A stretch of 64,000 nt of DNA from Candidatus Woesearchaeota archaeon (GCA_964490795.1 CAZBDY010000003.1:2752-66751), one strand, 5' to 3'; shown: positions 18,077 to 28,141, counted from the stretch's first letter. Made by a program: numbers and translations. The notes: generated by a model not told the origin, from the letters alone.

Positions 18077-20758
18077 ATGTCAGAAAAAGATATAGAAAAA
18101 AGAAAAGAGCAAGTAGTTAGTTTTTTGTTTAAAAATAAATCAATTTTAATAGTTCTTGCTTTAATTATTATCTTAAGTTTATCTTTTTATACCAGAACAG
18201 TAAATATAGAAAATCTCAAAGACATAACTACAGGAGACTATACCTTAGGTCCTGATTTAGATCCTTTCTTGTTTTTAAGATATTCAGAAAATATTATTGA
18301 AAATGGAAAATTAATGGAGTATGATAATATGAGGTTTGTTCCTCTTGGTTATGATACTTCAAGAGAATTATTAGGATTGCCTTATATGATGGCTTATTTT
18401 CATAATTTTATTAATCTTTTTTCTGATACAACAATAAACTATTCAGCTGTTATTTTTCCTGCTTTTATGTTTGTTCTAACTGCTTTGGCTTTTTTTCTCT
18501 TTATAAATAAAGTTTTTGAAGAAAATAAAAATGGAGGAACAATTGCTTTAATATCCACTGCCTTGTTAATTGTCTCAACTTCTTTAGTAGCAAGAACTGT
18601 GGCTGGAATTCCAGAAAAAGAATCAGTTGGATTTTTTTTCCTGTTTTTATCATTTTACTTTTTAATATCCTCTTGGAAATCTAAAAAAATTAAAAACACC
18701 TTTATCTTATCTTCTCTGGCAGGTATTTCTACAGCTTTAATGGCTCTTTCATGGGGTGGTTGGAGAGCTTATGTTTTAACTCCAGTTGCAGTATTTTTTA
18801 TTATATGCTTTTTTTTGAATCAAATTAATAAAAAAGAATTTTTTATTTATTCTTCATGGTTTATAATATCAATATTTTTAACACTTTCATTTACTGCAAG
18901 AAACTCTTTAATCAGCTTAATCACTTCTCCAATTTCAGGAATAGCTTTTATGGTGTTTTTTTTATTACTAACTGATTTTATAATCGCAAATACTAAAATA
19001 AAAAATATTAAATTTTTAAAAAATTTAAGAAGTAAATACCCTGAAAAACTAATCTCCTTTATTATATTTTTAATTCTCATTTTTATCTTGGCAACTTTTA
19101 TATTGGGGATCTCATTTATTCCTGACTTTATTGAAAAAATAGTTTTTTCACTAAAACAACCATATTCTGATAGATTATCTTTTACTGTAGCTGAAAACAG
19201 ACAACCCTATTACACAACCTGGAAAGGAAATTTTGGACCAATAATAAGAGGAATTCCTTTATTTTTCTGGTTATTTTTTGTCGGTTCTATCTTACTGGCT
19301 TATAATGCTATTAAAAAAATAGAACTAAAAGGAAGATTAATTTTAATTTCTTCTTATATATTATTTTTATTTGGATTAGTTTTTTCCAGATACTCTTCAT
19401 CAAGTATTTTTAATGGTGAAAATGGAATAAGTAGAATAATATATTTTGGTTCTTTATTCTTAATTTTATTTGCCTTTTCTTATTTATATTACAAATATTA
19501 TAAAGAAAAAAAACTTTCTGAGTTTAGTAAAATAAACTATCCTTATCTATTCTTGCTTGTCTACTTTTTCATTTCAATTATAGGGGCAAGATCTGCAGTA
19601 AGGCTAATTATGGCACTAGCCCCTCCTGCAACAGCTATGGCAGGATATCTTCCTGTTGCAATATTACAAAAAATAAAAAATAAAAAAGACATGGTAAGAT
19701 CTATTTTGATTATATTATCTATTATAGTTTTAATAGCAACTTCTTTCACATTTTATAAAAATTATCAATCCACAATAGGACAAGCAAAAGCAATGGTTCC
19801 CTCTTCATATACTAATCAGTGGCAGTTAGCTATGTCCTGGGTAAAAGAAAATACCTCTCAAGATGCTGTATTTTCACACTGGTGGGATTATGGTTACTGG
19901 ATTCAAACTATGGGAAAAAGGGCAACAATTTTAGATGGTGGAAACTCTATAGCTTACTGGAATCATCTATTAGGAAGACATGTTTTAACAGGACACTCTG
20001 AACAAGAAGCTTTAGAATTTTTATATCCTCATAATGCCACTCATCTCTTAATTGATTCAACAGAAATTGGGAAATATGCTGCTTACTCTTCAATTGGAAG
20101 TAATGAAAATTATGACAGATACAGCCAAATGCCAACTTTTCATTTAGATGAATCCCAAACAAGAGAGACAAAAAACAAAACAACTTATGCTTTTATAGGA
20201 AATATGTTTTTAGACCAAGATTATACCCTAAAAACAGAACAAGGACAAAAGTTTTTTCCACAAAGAAAAGCAGGAATTCCTGGAGTCCTGTTAACAATAG
20301 ATAATCAAAACAACATAGAACAACCAGAAGTAATCTTTATTTATCAAAATCAACAATATAATATCCCCTTAAAATGTGTTTATATTGATGATAAAAAATA
20401 TGATTTTGAAAATGGGTATGGGGGTTGTTTATATATAGTTCCAAAAGTTACTGTTAATGGAATCAACAAAATAGGTTCAGCTTTATTTATATCTGAAAAA
20501 TCAATGAAAGCTAACTGGATAAAATTTTATTTATTTGATGAAACTGAAAATTTTAATCTTGTTCATAAAGAACAAAATCTTTATGTTCAAAGTTTACAAC
20601 AACAAGGATATGATATTTCTGATTTGGTATACTATGGAGGCATACAAGGCCCTATCAAAATATGGGAAATTACCTATCCTCAAGATATTGAATATCATAA
20701 AGAATATTTATCAAAAGAATACCCTCCAGAATTAAGACAAGCAAAAGATGTATTCTGA
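18077..20758 (+). CDS. aglB: Archaeal oligosaccharyltransferase AglB (STT3 family)
   Basis: 893 aa; N-terminal multi-TM domain and the catalytic WWDYGYW motif (HWWDYGYWIQTMG). Confidence 0.9.
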   Translation: MSEKDIEKRKEQVVSFLFKNKSILIVLALIIILSLSFYTRTVNIENLKDITTGDYTLGPDLDPFLFLRYSENIIENGKLMEYDNMRFVPLGYDTSRELLGLPYMMAYFHNFINLFSDTTINYSAVIFPAFMFVLTALAFFLFINKVFEENKNGGTIALISTALLIVSTSLVARTVAGIPEKESVGFFFLFLSFYFLISSWKSKKIKNTFILSSLAGISTALMALSWGGWRAYVLTPVAVFFIICFFLNQINKKEFFIYSSWFIISIFLTLSFTARNSLISLITSPISGIAFMVFFLLLTDFIIANTKIKNIKFLKNLRSKYPEKLISFIIFLILIFILATFILGISFIPDFIEKIVFSLKQPYSDRLSFTVAENRQPYYTTWKGNFGPIIRGIPLFFWLFFVGSILLAYNAIKKIELKGRLILISSYILFLFGLVFSRYSSSSIFNGENGISRIIYFGSLFLILFAFSYLYYKYYKEKKLSEFSKINYPYLFLLVYFFISIIGARSAVRLIMALAPPATAMAGYLPVAILQKIKNKKDMVRSILIILSIIVLIATSFTFYKNYQSTIGQAKAMVPSSYTNQWQLAMSWVKENTSQDAVFSHWWDYGYWIQTMGKRATILDGGNSIAYWNHLLGRHVLTGHSEQEALEFLYPHNATHLLIDSTEIGKYAAYSSIGSNENYDRYSQMPTFHLDESQTRETKNKTTYAFIGNMFLDQDYTLKTEQGQKFFPQRKAGIPGVLLTIDNQNNIEQPEVIFIYQNQQYNIPLKCVYIDDKKYDFENGYGGCLYIVPKVTVNGINKIGSALFISEKSMKANWIKFYLFDETENFNLVHKEQNLYVQSLQQQGYDISDLVYYGGIQGPIKIWEITYPQDIEYHKEYLSKEYPPELRQAKDVF

Positions 20759-20761
20759 AAA

Positions 20762-20770
20762 TTTAAAAAC
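20762..20770 (+). promoter_or_regulatory. TATA box TTTAAAAAC
   Basis: 29 nt before ATG 20791. Confidence 0.5.
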
Positions 20771-20790
20771 CTCTTTTTCCTGATTATTTT

Positions 20791-21798
20791 ATGGATACTT
20801 TATTGTTAATACCCTTACTTGTAGCTTTTTTCATAACTTTTTTAATTCTTCCTATCTGGATATCAAAAGCAAAAAAGATTAAACTTGTCTGGAAAGATAT
20901 GAATAAAAAACAGGAAACAGAAATCGCTGGTTCTGGAGGTTTAATCGTTGTTCTTGGTTTTCTTCTCGCAGTATTAATCTATGTTGCTATTAAAACATTT
21001 TATTTCCATTCAACAACAAACTTAATTGAAATTTTTGCTCTTCTTACATCTGTACTAATTTTATCAGGAATAGGTATTATTGATGATTTACTTGGCTGGC
21101 ATCAAGGAGGTTTAACAAAAAAATTTAGAATGATTTTATGTTTATTTGCAGCTATTCCCTTAATGGTAATTAATGCCGGGGTAAATCAAATATCTTTTCC
21201 TATAATTGACGGAATAAGCTTAGGATTACTTTATCCTCTTTTTTTAATCCCATTAGGCATTATTGGGGCAGCAACTACTTTTAATTTTTTAGCTGGTTTT
21301 AATGGGTTAGAAGCAGGAAACGGAATTTTAGTTATCTCTGCTATATCTCTTGTTGCTTATTTGACTGGAAATGCTTGGTTGGCTTTAATTGGATTAATAA
21401 TGGTTTTTTCATTACTTGCTTTTTTAATATTTAATATGTCTCCTTCCAAAATTTTTCCAGGAGATGTCTTAACCTATCCTATTGGAGGGCTAATAGCAAT
21501 AATAGCTATATTTGGCAATTTTGAAAAAATTGCTGTCTTCTTTTTTATACCCTATATTTTAGAAACTTGTTTAAAGGTAAGAGGCAAATTAAAAAAGTAC
21601 TCTTTTGCTCAACCTCAAGAAGACAACTCTCTTGAATTAAAATACAACAAAATATACAGCTTAAATCATCTTGCTATCTTTTTATTGAAAAAAATAAAAA
21701 ATAAAGTTTATGAAAAAGATGTTGTTCTCTCAATATGGTTGTTTCAGCTAATTATCATCTTGTTAGGATTTTTAATATTTAAAAATACAATTTTCTAA
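20791..21798 (+). CDS. Glycosyltransferase family 4 (MraY/WecA-like) dolichyl-phosphate HexNAc-1-P transferase, AglH-like
   Basis: IIDDLLGW and FNFLAGFNGLEAGNG motifs; polytopic. Confidence 0.8.
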   Translation: MDTLLLIPLLVAFFITFLILPIWISKAKKIKLVWKDMNKKQETEIAGSGGLIVVLGFLLAVLIYVAIKTFYFHSTTNLIEIFALLTSVLILSGIGIIDDLLGWHQGGLTKKFRMILCLFAAIPLMVINAGVNQISFPIIDGISLGLLYPLFLIPLGIIGAATTFNFLAGFNGLEAGNGILVISAISLVAYLTGNAWLALIGLIMVFSLLAFLIFNMSPSKIFPGDVLTYPIGGLIAIIAIFGNFEKIAVFFFIPYILETCLKVRGKLKKYSFAQPQEDNSLELKYNKIYSLNHLAIFLLKKIKNKVYEKDVVLSIWLFQLIIILLGFLIFKNTIF

Positions 21799-21804
21799 AA
21801 TAAA

Positions 21805-22743
21805 ATGAAAAAAGAGAAAGTTTCAATAATAATTCCTTGCAAAGAAATAGACAAGTATACAAAAAAATGTATAAATCAGTGTTTAAAACTTAATTGTGAT
21901 AATTTTGAAATTATAGTTTTGCCAGATAAAAAACAAGAGATTAATACAAAAAATAAAAATTTAAAAATAATTTCTTGCACTGGAAAACCTTCTTTAAAAA
22001 GAAATTTAGGAATGAAAATTTCCAAAGGAGAGTATTATGCTTTTATTGATTCAGATGCTTATCCTGAAAAAAACTGGCTTAAAAATGCAATAAAACATTT
22101 CCAAAAAAAGGATGTTGGTTTGGTTGGAGGTCCAAATCTAACTCCAAAAGAATCAAATTTTTGGGAAAAAATTTCAGGAAAAGTTTTATCTAATTTTCTT
22201 GTATCTGGAATTGCCTCTATTAGATATAAAAAAACAAGAAACCAGTTTACAAAAGAGTTGCCTTCCTGTAATTATATTGTAAAAAAAGAACTTGCCACAA
22301 AATACTCGCAAGAATTTTTAACAGCAGAAGATTCTGAATTTTGTTTTAATATAACAAAAAAAGGAAAAAAGATTTTATATGCCAATGATGTTATTGTTTA
22401 TCACCATAGAAGAGATTCTTTTTTCAAACATTTAAAGCAGATTTTTATTTATTCAAGAGATATTGCTTGGTTAACAAAAAAAGAGTTTTCTTTTGACAAA
22501 TTATATTACTCAATTTTATCATTATTTACTCTTGCCTTTATATCTGGAATTATTCTCTCATTTATCTTTCCTTTAATAAAAACTCTTTTCCTTATTTTTC
22601 TAGTTTTTTATCTATTAATAATCTTTATTACTTCTTTTCACAAAAATATAAAAACAAGTTTAGCTGTTTTTGTTACCTCAATTTTAACTCATTTTTCTTA
22701 TGGTTTTGGTTGGTTATATGGTATTTTTGTTAGGCAAAGATAA
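21805..22743 (+). CDS. GT2 family glycosyltransferase with C-terminal TM segments
   Basis: VSIIIPCKE...FIDSDAYPEKNWL...AEDSEF. Confidence 0.8.
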   Translation: MKKEKVSIIIPCKEIDKYTKKCINQCLKLNCDNFEIIVLPDKKQEINTKNKNLKIISCTGKPSLKRNLGMKISKGEYYAFIDSDAYPEKNWLKNAIKHFQKKDVGLVGGPNLTPKESNFWEKISGKVLSNFLVSGIASIRYKKTRNQFTKELPSCNYIVKKELATKYSQEFLTAEDSEFCFNITKKGKKILYANDVIVYHHRRDSFFKHLKQIFIYSRDIAWLTKKEFSFDKLYYSILSLFTLAFISGIILSFIFPLIKTLFLIFLVFYLLIIFITSFHKNIKTSLAVFVTSILTHFSYGFGWLYGIFVRQR

Positions 22744-22786
22744 TCAATCTCTTTTATACCACTTTAAAATAGTTACAAAAGAAAGA

Positions 22787-22795
22787 TTTATAAAT
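22787..22795 (+). promoter_or_regulatory. TATA box TTTATAAAT
   Basis: 29 nt before ATG 22816. Confidence 0.5.
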
Positions 22796-22815
22796 AAATT
22801 TCTATATTTATTCTT

Positions 22816-23691
22816 ATGGCATTAGAGCAATATTTGTCAGAATTAGAGAAAAAAGATAAACTTAATGTAGATTTTCATAATCACGGACAGACAGGAGACA
22901 GATTTAGAAAACCAAGAAAAGAATTATGGAGTAAAATTAAAGGACTCATTTTTGATGAATCTCCTAAAGGATTATATGATATTTTAGAAAAAATCAAAAA
23001 TTCTAGATTAGATGTTATGTATCTTACAAGCAGTGTTCTTCCAAATAAAGATAATCAAAGATATCAACAATGGACTTCTCATCAAGAGCTGGAAAAAGCA
23101 AGACAAAGAGGATGGCAGTTAGAACAAGGACAATATTATTTATTTGCAAAAAAACAAGGAAAAATAGTTGTATTAGGGCATTCCAAAGAAATAGAAACTC
23201 AAAAAGGGCATATCATACTATCTGGCTGTAATTCTGAAAAAATTTCTTCTCCAGATTCAACTGAATCACTAGAAAAAGCTGTTCTTGAATCAAATGATAA
23301 TGAATTACTAATCGGAGAAAAATATAATCCAAGATTAGATGCAGTTCAAGTAGATGGAAATTTTTATCTCCCTTTTTTCTTAAATAACTGGAGAGCAAAA
23401 AAACAAGCAAGAAAACATAATGTTCCTTTAGTATATAATGAAGATGGACATCATCCAAAAGATATAGGAGATACATATAATATTTTTAACTCAGAAGATT
23501 TGAATTATAATTCAGAAATTGAATTTAGAAATTCTATAAAACAAGCTGTGTTAGGCAAAAACTTTAACACAAGATTCGACCCAATTCCTCCACATAGAAT
23601 TTTGCATCATATTATTATGACAGGACTTAACATAATTAGAGATAAATATGTAGGCTGGAAAGAAAAAGCTAGTGAACAAACTAATCAATAA
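22816..23691 (+). CDS. Hypothetical protein (291 aa); weak metal-hydrolase-like VDFHNHG motif
   Basis: ORF with its own TATA box. Only a weak HxH motif near the N-terminus, so function is not supported. Confidence 0.45.
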   Translation: MALEQYLSELEKKDKLNVDFHNHGQTGDRFRKPRKELWSKIKGLIFDESPKGLYDILEKIKNSRLDVMYLTSSVLPNKDNQRYQQWTSHQELEKARQRGWQLEQGQYYLFAKKQGKIVVLGHSKEIETQKGHIILSGCNSEKISSPDSTESLEKAVLESNDNELLIGEKYNPRLDAVQVDGNFYLPFFLNNWRAKKQARKHNVPLVYNEDGHHPKDIGDTYNIFNSEDLNYNSEIEFRNSIKQAVLGKNFNTRFDPIPPHRILHHIIMTGLNIIRDKYVGWKEKASEQTNQ

Positions 23692-23700
23692 ATAATTAGA

Positions 23701-23713
23701 AACATTTAAAATA
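23701..23713 (+). promoter_or_regulatory. BRE/TATA AACATTTAAAATA
   Basis: The TTTA core at 23705 is 29 nt before ATG 23734. Confidence 0.5.
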
Positions 23714-23733
23714 CTTATTAATTAAAAAATATT

Positions 23734-26559
23734 ATGAAAATTTTTATTGGTTATCCTCCTACTCTAAGTAAAAAAGGAACAGCAATGTTATCTCAAAACA
23801 GGCAGTTTCAGTGGTTTTCTAATCCTACTTACATGTATCCAGTTATAATGGGTTCTGCAGCCACTTACTTAAATAAAGATTATAATGTTACCTGGATTGA
23901 TTGTATAACTGAACATATTTCTGAATCAGGATTTTATTCTAAATTACAAAAAGAAAAACCAGATTTATTTATTTTTGAAACAAAAACTCCTGTAATAAAA
24001 CAACACTGGAAAACTATAAACAAATTAAAAGAAAGATTTCCAAAATTAAAAATAGCTTTATGTGGAGACCATGTTACCTCATTTCCAAAAGAATCTTTAA
24101 AAAACTCAAAAGTTGATTATGTTTTAACTGGCGGAGATTATGATTTCTTATCAAAAAACTTGGCAGACTATTTGTCTAGCAAAAGAAAAAAACTTGAAAA
24201 AGGAATTTATTATAAGGAAAAGAAAAAAATAAAAAATACAGGAAAATTTCAATTAAAACACAAGTTAGATGATTTGCCTTTTATTAATAGAGATTTAACA
24301 AAATGGAAGAATTATGAAAAAGAATATAATATGGCAAGATTTCCTTTTTTCTATATTATGTCAGGAAGAGACTGCTGGTGGGGGAAGTGTAAATTTTGTT
24401 TAACAGGTAAAACTAAAATTTTGACTAACAAGGGAAGTTTTCCTATTAAAGATATTGTAAATAAAAAAATAGATATAAAAAAAATAAAAATATTAACTCA
24501 TAAAGGAGAATTTAGATCTCTTAAACGAACTTATAAAAGGGAATATAATGGAAATATTCTTGAAATTGAAGCCAATGCTTTAAAAAACAAATTATCTTTG
24601 ACTTCCAACCATAAATTATTTGGAATTAAAAAAGAGAATTTAAACAAAAAAACCCCTTATTTTATTAGAGCAGATAATATGAAAAAAGGGGATTATATTG
24701 CTGTTCCAAAAATAATGAAAACAAAAGATCTCAAAAATATTGATGTTAAAAAAATCCTAGAAAAAGAACCAATAAAAATAAAAACCACTAAAATAATTCC
24801 AAGAAATATAATAAATAAGATTATAGAAAAATATCAGAAAAAAGAATCTCAAAGAAAAATATCCCGGGATTTAAAAATAGACAGAGAAACAGTCAAAAGA
24901 TATATCTCGCTTATTGCTTCCGATGAATTAAAATACAAAAGTAACCCCTTAATATTTGAAAAAAATCTCATTAGATTTGAAAAGGCCAAAAACTATATTT
25001 TAGGAAAAATACCCTTAAATAAAAAGTTCTTAAGATTGATAGGCTACTATTTAGCAGAGGGACATTCATTTAAATCCAAAAATAGGCCCAATTCCTATAC
25101 TCTTGGTTTTACTTTTTCAGAAAAAGAAAAAAAATATGTCGAGGATGTAGTCAATATTTTTAAGCAAATCTTTAAACAAACAAATATTTCCATTCATCAC
25201 AATAGCATTAACCATACTATTCAGATAACAATTTATAATTCTATTCTTGGAATATTATTTAAAAACCTCTTTGGAGAAAATTGCTATAATAAAAAAATCC
25301 CTCACAACTACCTTTTTCTCCCTAAAGATAAACAAAAAGAATTGCTTAGAGGATTATTTAGGGGAGATGGCCATCTTAGAATAAGGAAAGCAGGACAGGG
25401 AGGAAGCGAGTATATTCTAGAGGGTGTTTCAGACACTCTTACTCAACAAATAATTATTATACTTCAAAGAAACAATACTATTCCTAGATTAAGAACTATC
25501 CAACCAACAAAAAATAATGAATCTGTCAAATATTCTATTTCATTATGCCAACAGGATATTAACCAAATTTTTCCTGAAATAAAACTTCCAAAAAGGAAAC
25601 ATCACATAAGAAAAGGAAAGGTATTAAAAAAATTTATATTGGTTCCTATTAAAAATATAAAAAAAAGAAAGCATAAGGGGGAAGTGTATAATCTGGAAGT
25701 GGACAAACACCATAGCTATATAGCAAATAATTTAACAGTGAGCAATTGTTCCTGGCCAAGATTATTTCCTTGTTTCAGAACAAGAAGTGTGGAAAATGTT
25801 TTAGATGAAATTGGAATGTTAATTAAAAAATATAATGCAAAAGAAATTTTTGATGATTCTGGAACCTTAATGGTTGGAAAATGGCTAACTGATTTATGTA
25901 ATGGTTTGATTAGAAGAGGATATAATAAGAAAATTAGATACTCCTGTAATATGAGGTTTAATGCTTTAAAATTAAAAGATTATAAATTAATGAAAAAAGC
26001 TGGATTCAGACTATTAAAATTTGGTTTAGAATCAGCAAGCCAGACAACATTAGATAAACTAAACAAAGGAATTAAAGTAAATCATATTATTAAGGGTTGT
26101 AAAATGGCAAAAAAAGCAGGTTTAACTGTCCACTTAACAATGATAGTTGGTTATCCCTGGGAAACAAGACAAGATGCCTTAAAAACATTTGAACTTGCTA
26201 AATATCTTATGCAGACAGGAAAAGCAGATATCTTACAAGCAACTGTCTTAATTCCTTACCCAGGAACACCATTATGGAAAGATGCTAAAAAAAATAACTG
26301 GTTTTTGTTTTCTCCTTTAGAATATGAGAGATATGATATGAGAGAGCCAGTTTTAAAAGTAAAATCTTTAAATAAACAAGAAAGTGAAAAAGAAAAATCC
26401 AAACAAGTAGCATCAGTTTGTGGAAAAATTTATACTATTTTTCTTACCCCTAGTTATATTTTAGCAAGATTAAAAAATATAAAAAATATTGATGATATTA
26501 AATGGCATTTAAGAGGAATTAGGGCTGTTATAGGTCACTTAACTGATTTTTCTAAATAA
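23734..26559 (+). CDS. B12-binding-domain radical SAM enzyme interrupted by an intein (extein about 491 aa)
   Basis: The N-terminal B12-binding-like region resembles the paralog at 33116. The cysteine triad CWWGKCKF|C is split by a 450-aa insertion, and the radical SAM core continues after it (FGLESASQTTLDKLNKG...). Confidence 0.85.
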   Translation: MKIFIGYPPTLSKKGTAMLSQNRQFQWFSNPTYMYPVIMGSAATYLNKDYNVTWIDCITEHISESGFYSKLQKEKPDLFIFETKTPVIKQHWKTINKLKERFPKLKIALCGDHVTSFPKESLKNSKVDYVLTGGDYDFLSKNLADYLSSKRKKLEKGIYYKEKKKIKNTGKFQLKHKLDDLPFINRDLTKWKNYEKEYNMARFPFFYIMSGRDCWWGKCKFCLTGKTKILTNKGSFPIKDIVNKKIDIKKIKILTHKGEFRSLKRTYKREYNGNILEIEANALKNKLSLTSNHKLFGIKKENLNKKTPYFIRADNMKKGDYIAVPKIMKTKDLKNIDVKKILEKEPIKIKTTKIIPRNIINKIIEKYQKKESQRKISRDLKIDRETVKRYISLIASDELKYKSNPLIFEKNLIRFEKAKNYILGKIPLNKKFLRLIGYYLAEGHSFKSKNRPNSYTLGFTFSEKEKKYVEDVVNIFKQIFKQTNISIHHNSINHTIQITIYNSILGILFKNLFGENCYNKKIPHNYLFLPKDKQKELLRGLFRGDGHLRIRKAGQGGSEYILEGVSDTLTQQIIIILQRNNTIPRLRTIQPTKNNESVKYSISLCQQDINQIFPEIKLPKRKHHIRKGKVLKKFILVPIKNIKKRKHKGEVYNLEVDKHHSYIANNLTVSNCSWPRLFPCFRTRSVENVLDEIGMLIKKYNAKEIFDDSGTLMVGKWLTDLCNGLIRRGYNKKIRYSCNMRFNALKLKDYKLMKKAGFRLLKFGLESASQTTLDKLNKGIKVNHIIKGCKMAKKAGLTVHLTMIVGYPWETRQDALKTFELAKYLMQTGKADILQATVLIPYPGTPLWKDAKKNNWFLFSPLEYERYDMREPVLKVKSLNKQESEKEKSKQVASVCGKIYTIFLTPSYILARLKNIKNIDDIKWHLRGIRAVIGHLTDFSK
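24397..25746 (+). mobile_element. Intein with LAGLIDADG homing endonuclease domain (450 aa)
   Basis: CLTGKTKILT... start; LTSNH block B; LIGYYLAEGH and LFRGDGHL dodecapeptide motifs; ends ...YIANNLTVSN, followed by Cys+1. Confidence 0.85.
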
Positions 26560-27305
26560 TCATTTATAGTTGAAAATTCATACCCTCTATTTTTACAAAA
26601 AACAATATAATTTTCTAACATTTTTAATAACTCTTTACCTGATTTTGTCTTCATAATTTTCATCATTTTGATTTTTCTTAAATCAGAAAACTCCCATGGA
26701 TGAAACACCAACATAGTATAATCTGAAAATAAGAAATTAATTCTAGTGAAAATTTTTGCATAGGTTTTTCCAAAATTTTTAAAAGCCAACCAAAATATAG
26801 GCAATCTTATTAAAGGAAGAACAGAAGGCGGAATCTCTAAAATATTCCCTTTTTTATGAATTTTTCTTGATTTAAAAATATTAAAATATCTTCCTGGAAT
26901 ACAAGTAGGATGTAAAGAAGAGTCATATTTAAACCCAAATTTCTCTAAATCAGAAATTCCTTTAATCTCATATCTGGGTGCTCTAAACCCTTTAACATCT
27001 AATCCTAATTTTTTCACCTTTTTTATTACTTTTTCCAGTTTTTCCATACTTTCTAAATAGCTATCAGAATGAATATAACCATGGCTGGCAATTTCATGTC
27101 CTTTTTTTTCTAATTCTTTAATAAATTTAGGATATTTTTCAGCAAATTTAAGTGTAGTAAAAAAAGTTACCTTAATATTATACTTATCTAACAAGATTTC
27201 TATTTCTTGTAACCCTTTTTTAGAAATTTCAAATTTATCTTTTCCATTAACAAAATCAAACTCTTCTACATCAAAAGTTAATAAAATTTTTTTTTCTTGT
27301 TTCAT
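26535..27305 (-). CDS. Polysaccharide deacetylase (NodB/CE4 family)
   Basis: LLTFDVEEFD...FFTTLKFAEKYP...GHEIASHGYIH. Confidence 0.8.
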   Translation of the reverse strand: MKQEKKILLTFDVEEFDFVNGKDKFEISKKGLQEIEILLDKYNIKVTFFTTLKFAEKYPKFIKELEKKGHEIASHGYIHSDSYLESMEKLEKVIKKVKKLGLDVKGFRAPRYEIKGISDLEKFGFKYDSSLHPTCIPGRYFNIFKSRKIHKKGNILEIPPSVLPLIRLPIFWLAFKNFGKTYAKIFTRINFLFSDYTMLVFHPWEFSDLRKIKMMKIMKTKSGKELLKMLENYIVFCKNRGYEFSTINDYLEKSVK

Positions 27306-27398
27306 TTCACGAAGCTTGTCCTCTACAAGCGAGTTTTTGAAAAAATCTCATTTTTTCATTTCACGAAGATTTACCTCTTAAAGTGAGTTTTTGAAAAC
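27301..27398. repeat. Two tandem copies (period 54 nt) of a 44-nt leader unit containing a hairpin
   Basis: 27301-27344 is TTCATTTCACGAAGCTTGTCCTCTACAAGCGAGTTTTTGAAAAA; 27355-27398 is TTCATTTCACGAAGATTTACCTCTTAAAGTGAGTTTTTGAAAAC. Confidence 0.7.
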
Positions 27399-27419
27399 CC
27401 TCGAAAACTTTTATGGTTT

Positions 27420-28112
27420 TCATTTTAGTAATCTTACTTTAATTAATCTATAAATCATTCCTGGAATATACTTCAATCTTAAGGTACTAAATCCATTTCC
27501 AGGATTTAAAGGAGCATAAACTTCTGCAACTTTAAAATTATTTTTTCTAACTTTATATAAAAACTCAATATCAAAATCAAATGTTGTAGATATAAAATTA
27601 TTATCAATTTTATCCCACACTTGTTTTCTCATAAATTTAGCTCCTGCCTGTGTATCTCTAAAATTCATTCCAAAAACAATTTTTGAAAATAAACTTCCTG
27701 CTAAAGAAACAACTCTTCTTAACTGATTTTCCTGTTTTTTTGCTTTTCCTCTTAAATATTTTGTTGCAATAGAAACCTCATGGTCTTTTAATTTTTCTAT
27801 AATCCTTAAAATCTGCTTAAAATAAAAAGGATCATCAGCATCAATAAATCCAATATAATCATATTTGGCACTATTAAGCCCTTTAACTATTGCTTTTGAT
27901 TTTCCTTTTTCTTCCATATTTATTGCTTTTACAGGCAATTTTTTCTCTGAATTTTTACAAATATCATAAGTAGAGTCAGTACAAGCATTGCAAACCACAA
28001 TTATCTCAAATTTATCAAATATTTTTCCAAATTTTTCATTATACTGTTTTAAAGATTTCTCTATAAATTTTTCCCCATTATGAACAGGAACAATAATTGA
28101 TAATCCTTCCAT
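27420..28112 (-). CDS. GT2 glycosyltransferase, dolichyl-phosphate hexose synthase-like
   Basis: LSIIVPVHNGEKFI...GFIDADDPF... and the 230-aa size of the DPM1/GtrB class. Confidence 0.8.
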   Translation of the reverse strand: MEGLSIIVPVHNGEKFIEKSLKQYNEKFGKIFDKFEIIVVCNACTDSTYDICKNSEKKLPVKAINMEEKGKSKAIVKGLNSAKYDYIGFIDADDPFYFKQILRIIEKLKDHEVSIATKYLRGKAKKQENQLRRVVSLAGSLFSKIVFGMNFRDTQAGAKFMRKQVWDKIDNNFISTTFDFDIEFLYKVRKNNFKVAEVYAPLNPGNGFSTLRLKYIPGMIYRLIKVRLLK

Positions 28113-28132
28113 AATAGTCTTTTTATTTTGGC

Positions 28133-28141
28133 ATATTTAAA
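28133..28141 (-). promoter_or_regulatory. TATA box (TTTAAATAT on the minus strand)
   Basis: Starts 29 nt upstream of ATG 28112. Confidence 0.5.
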
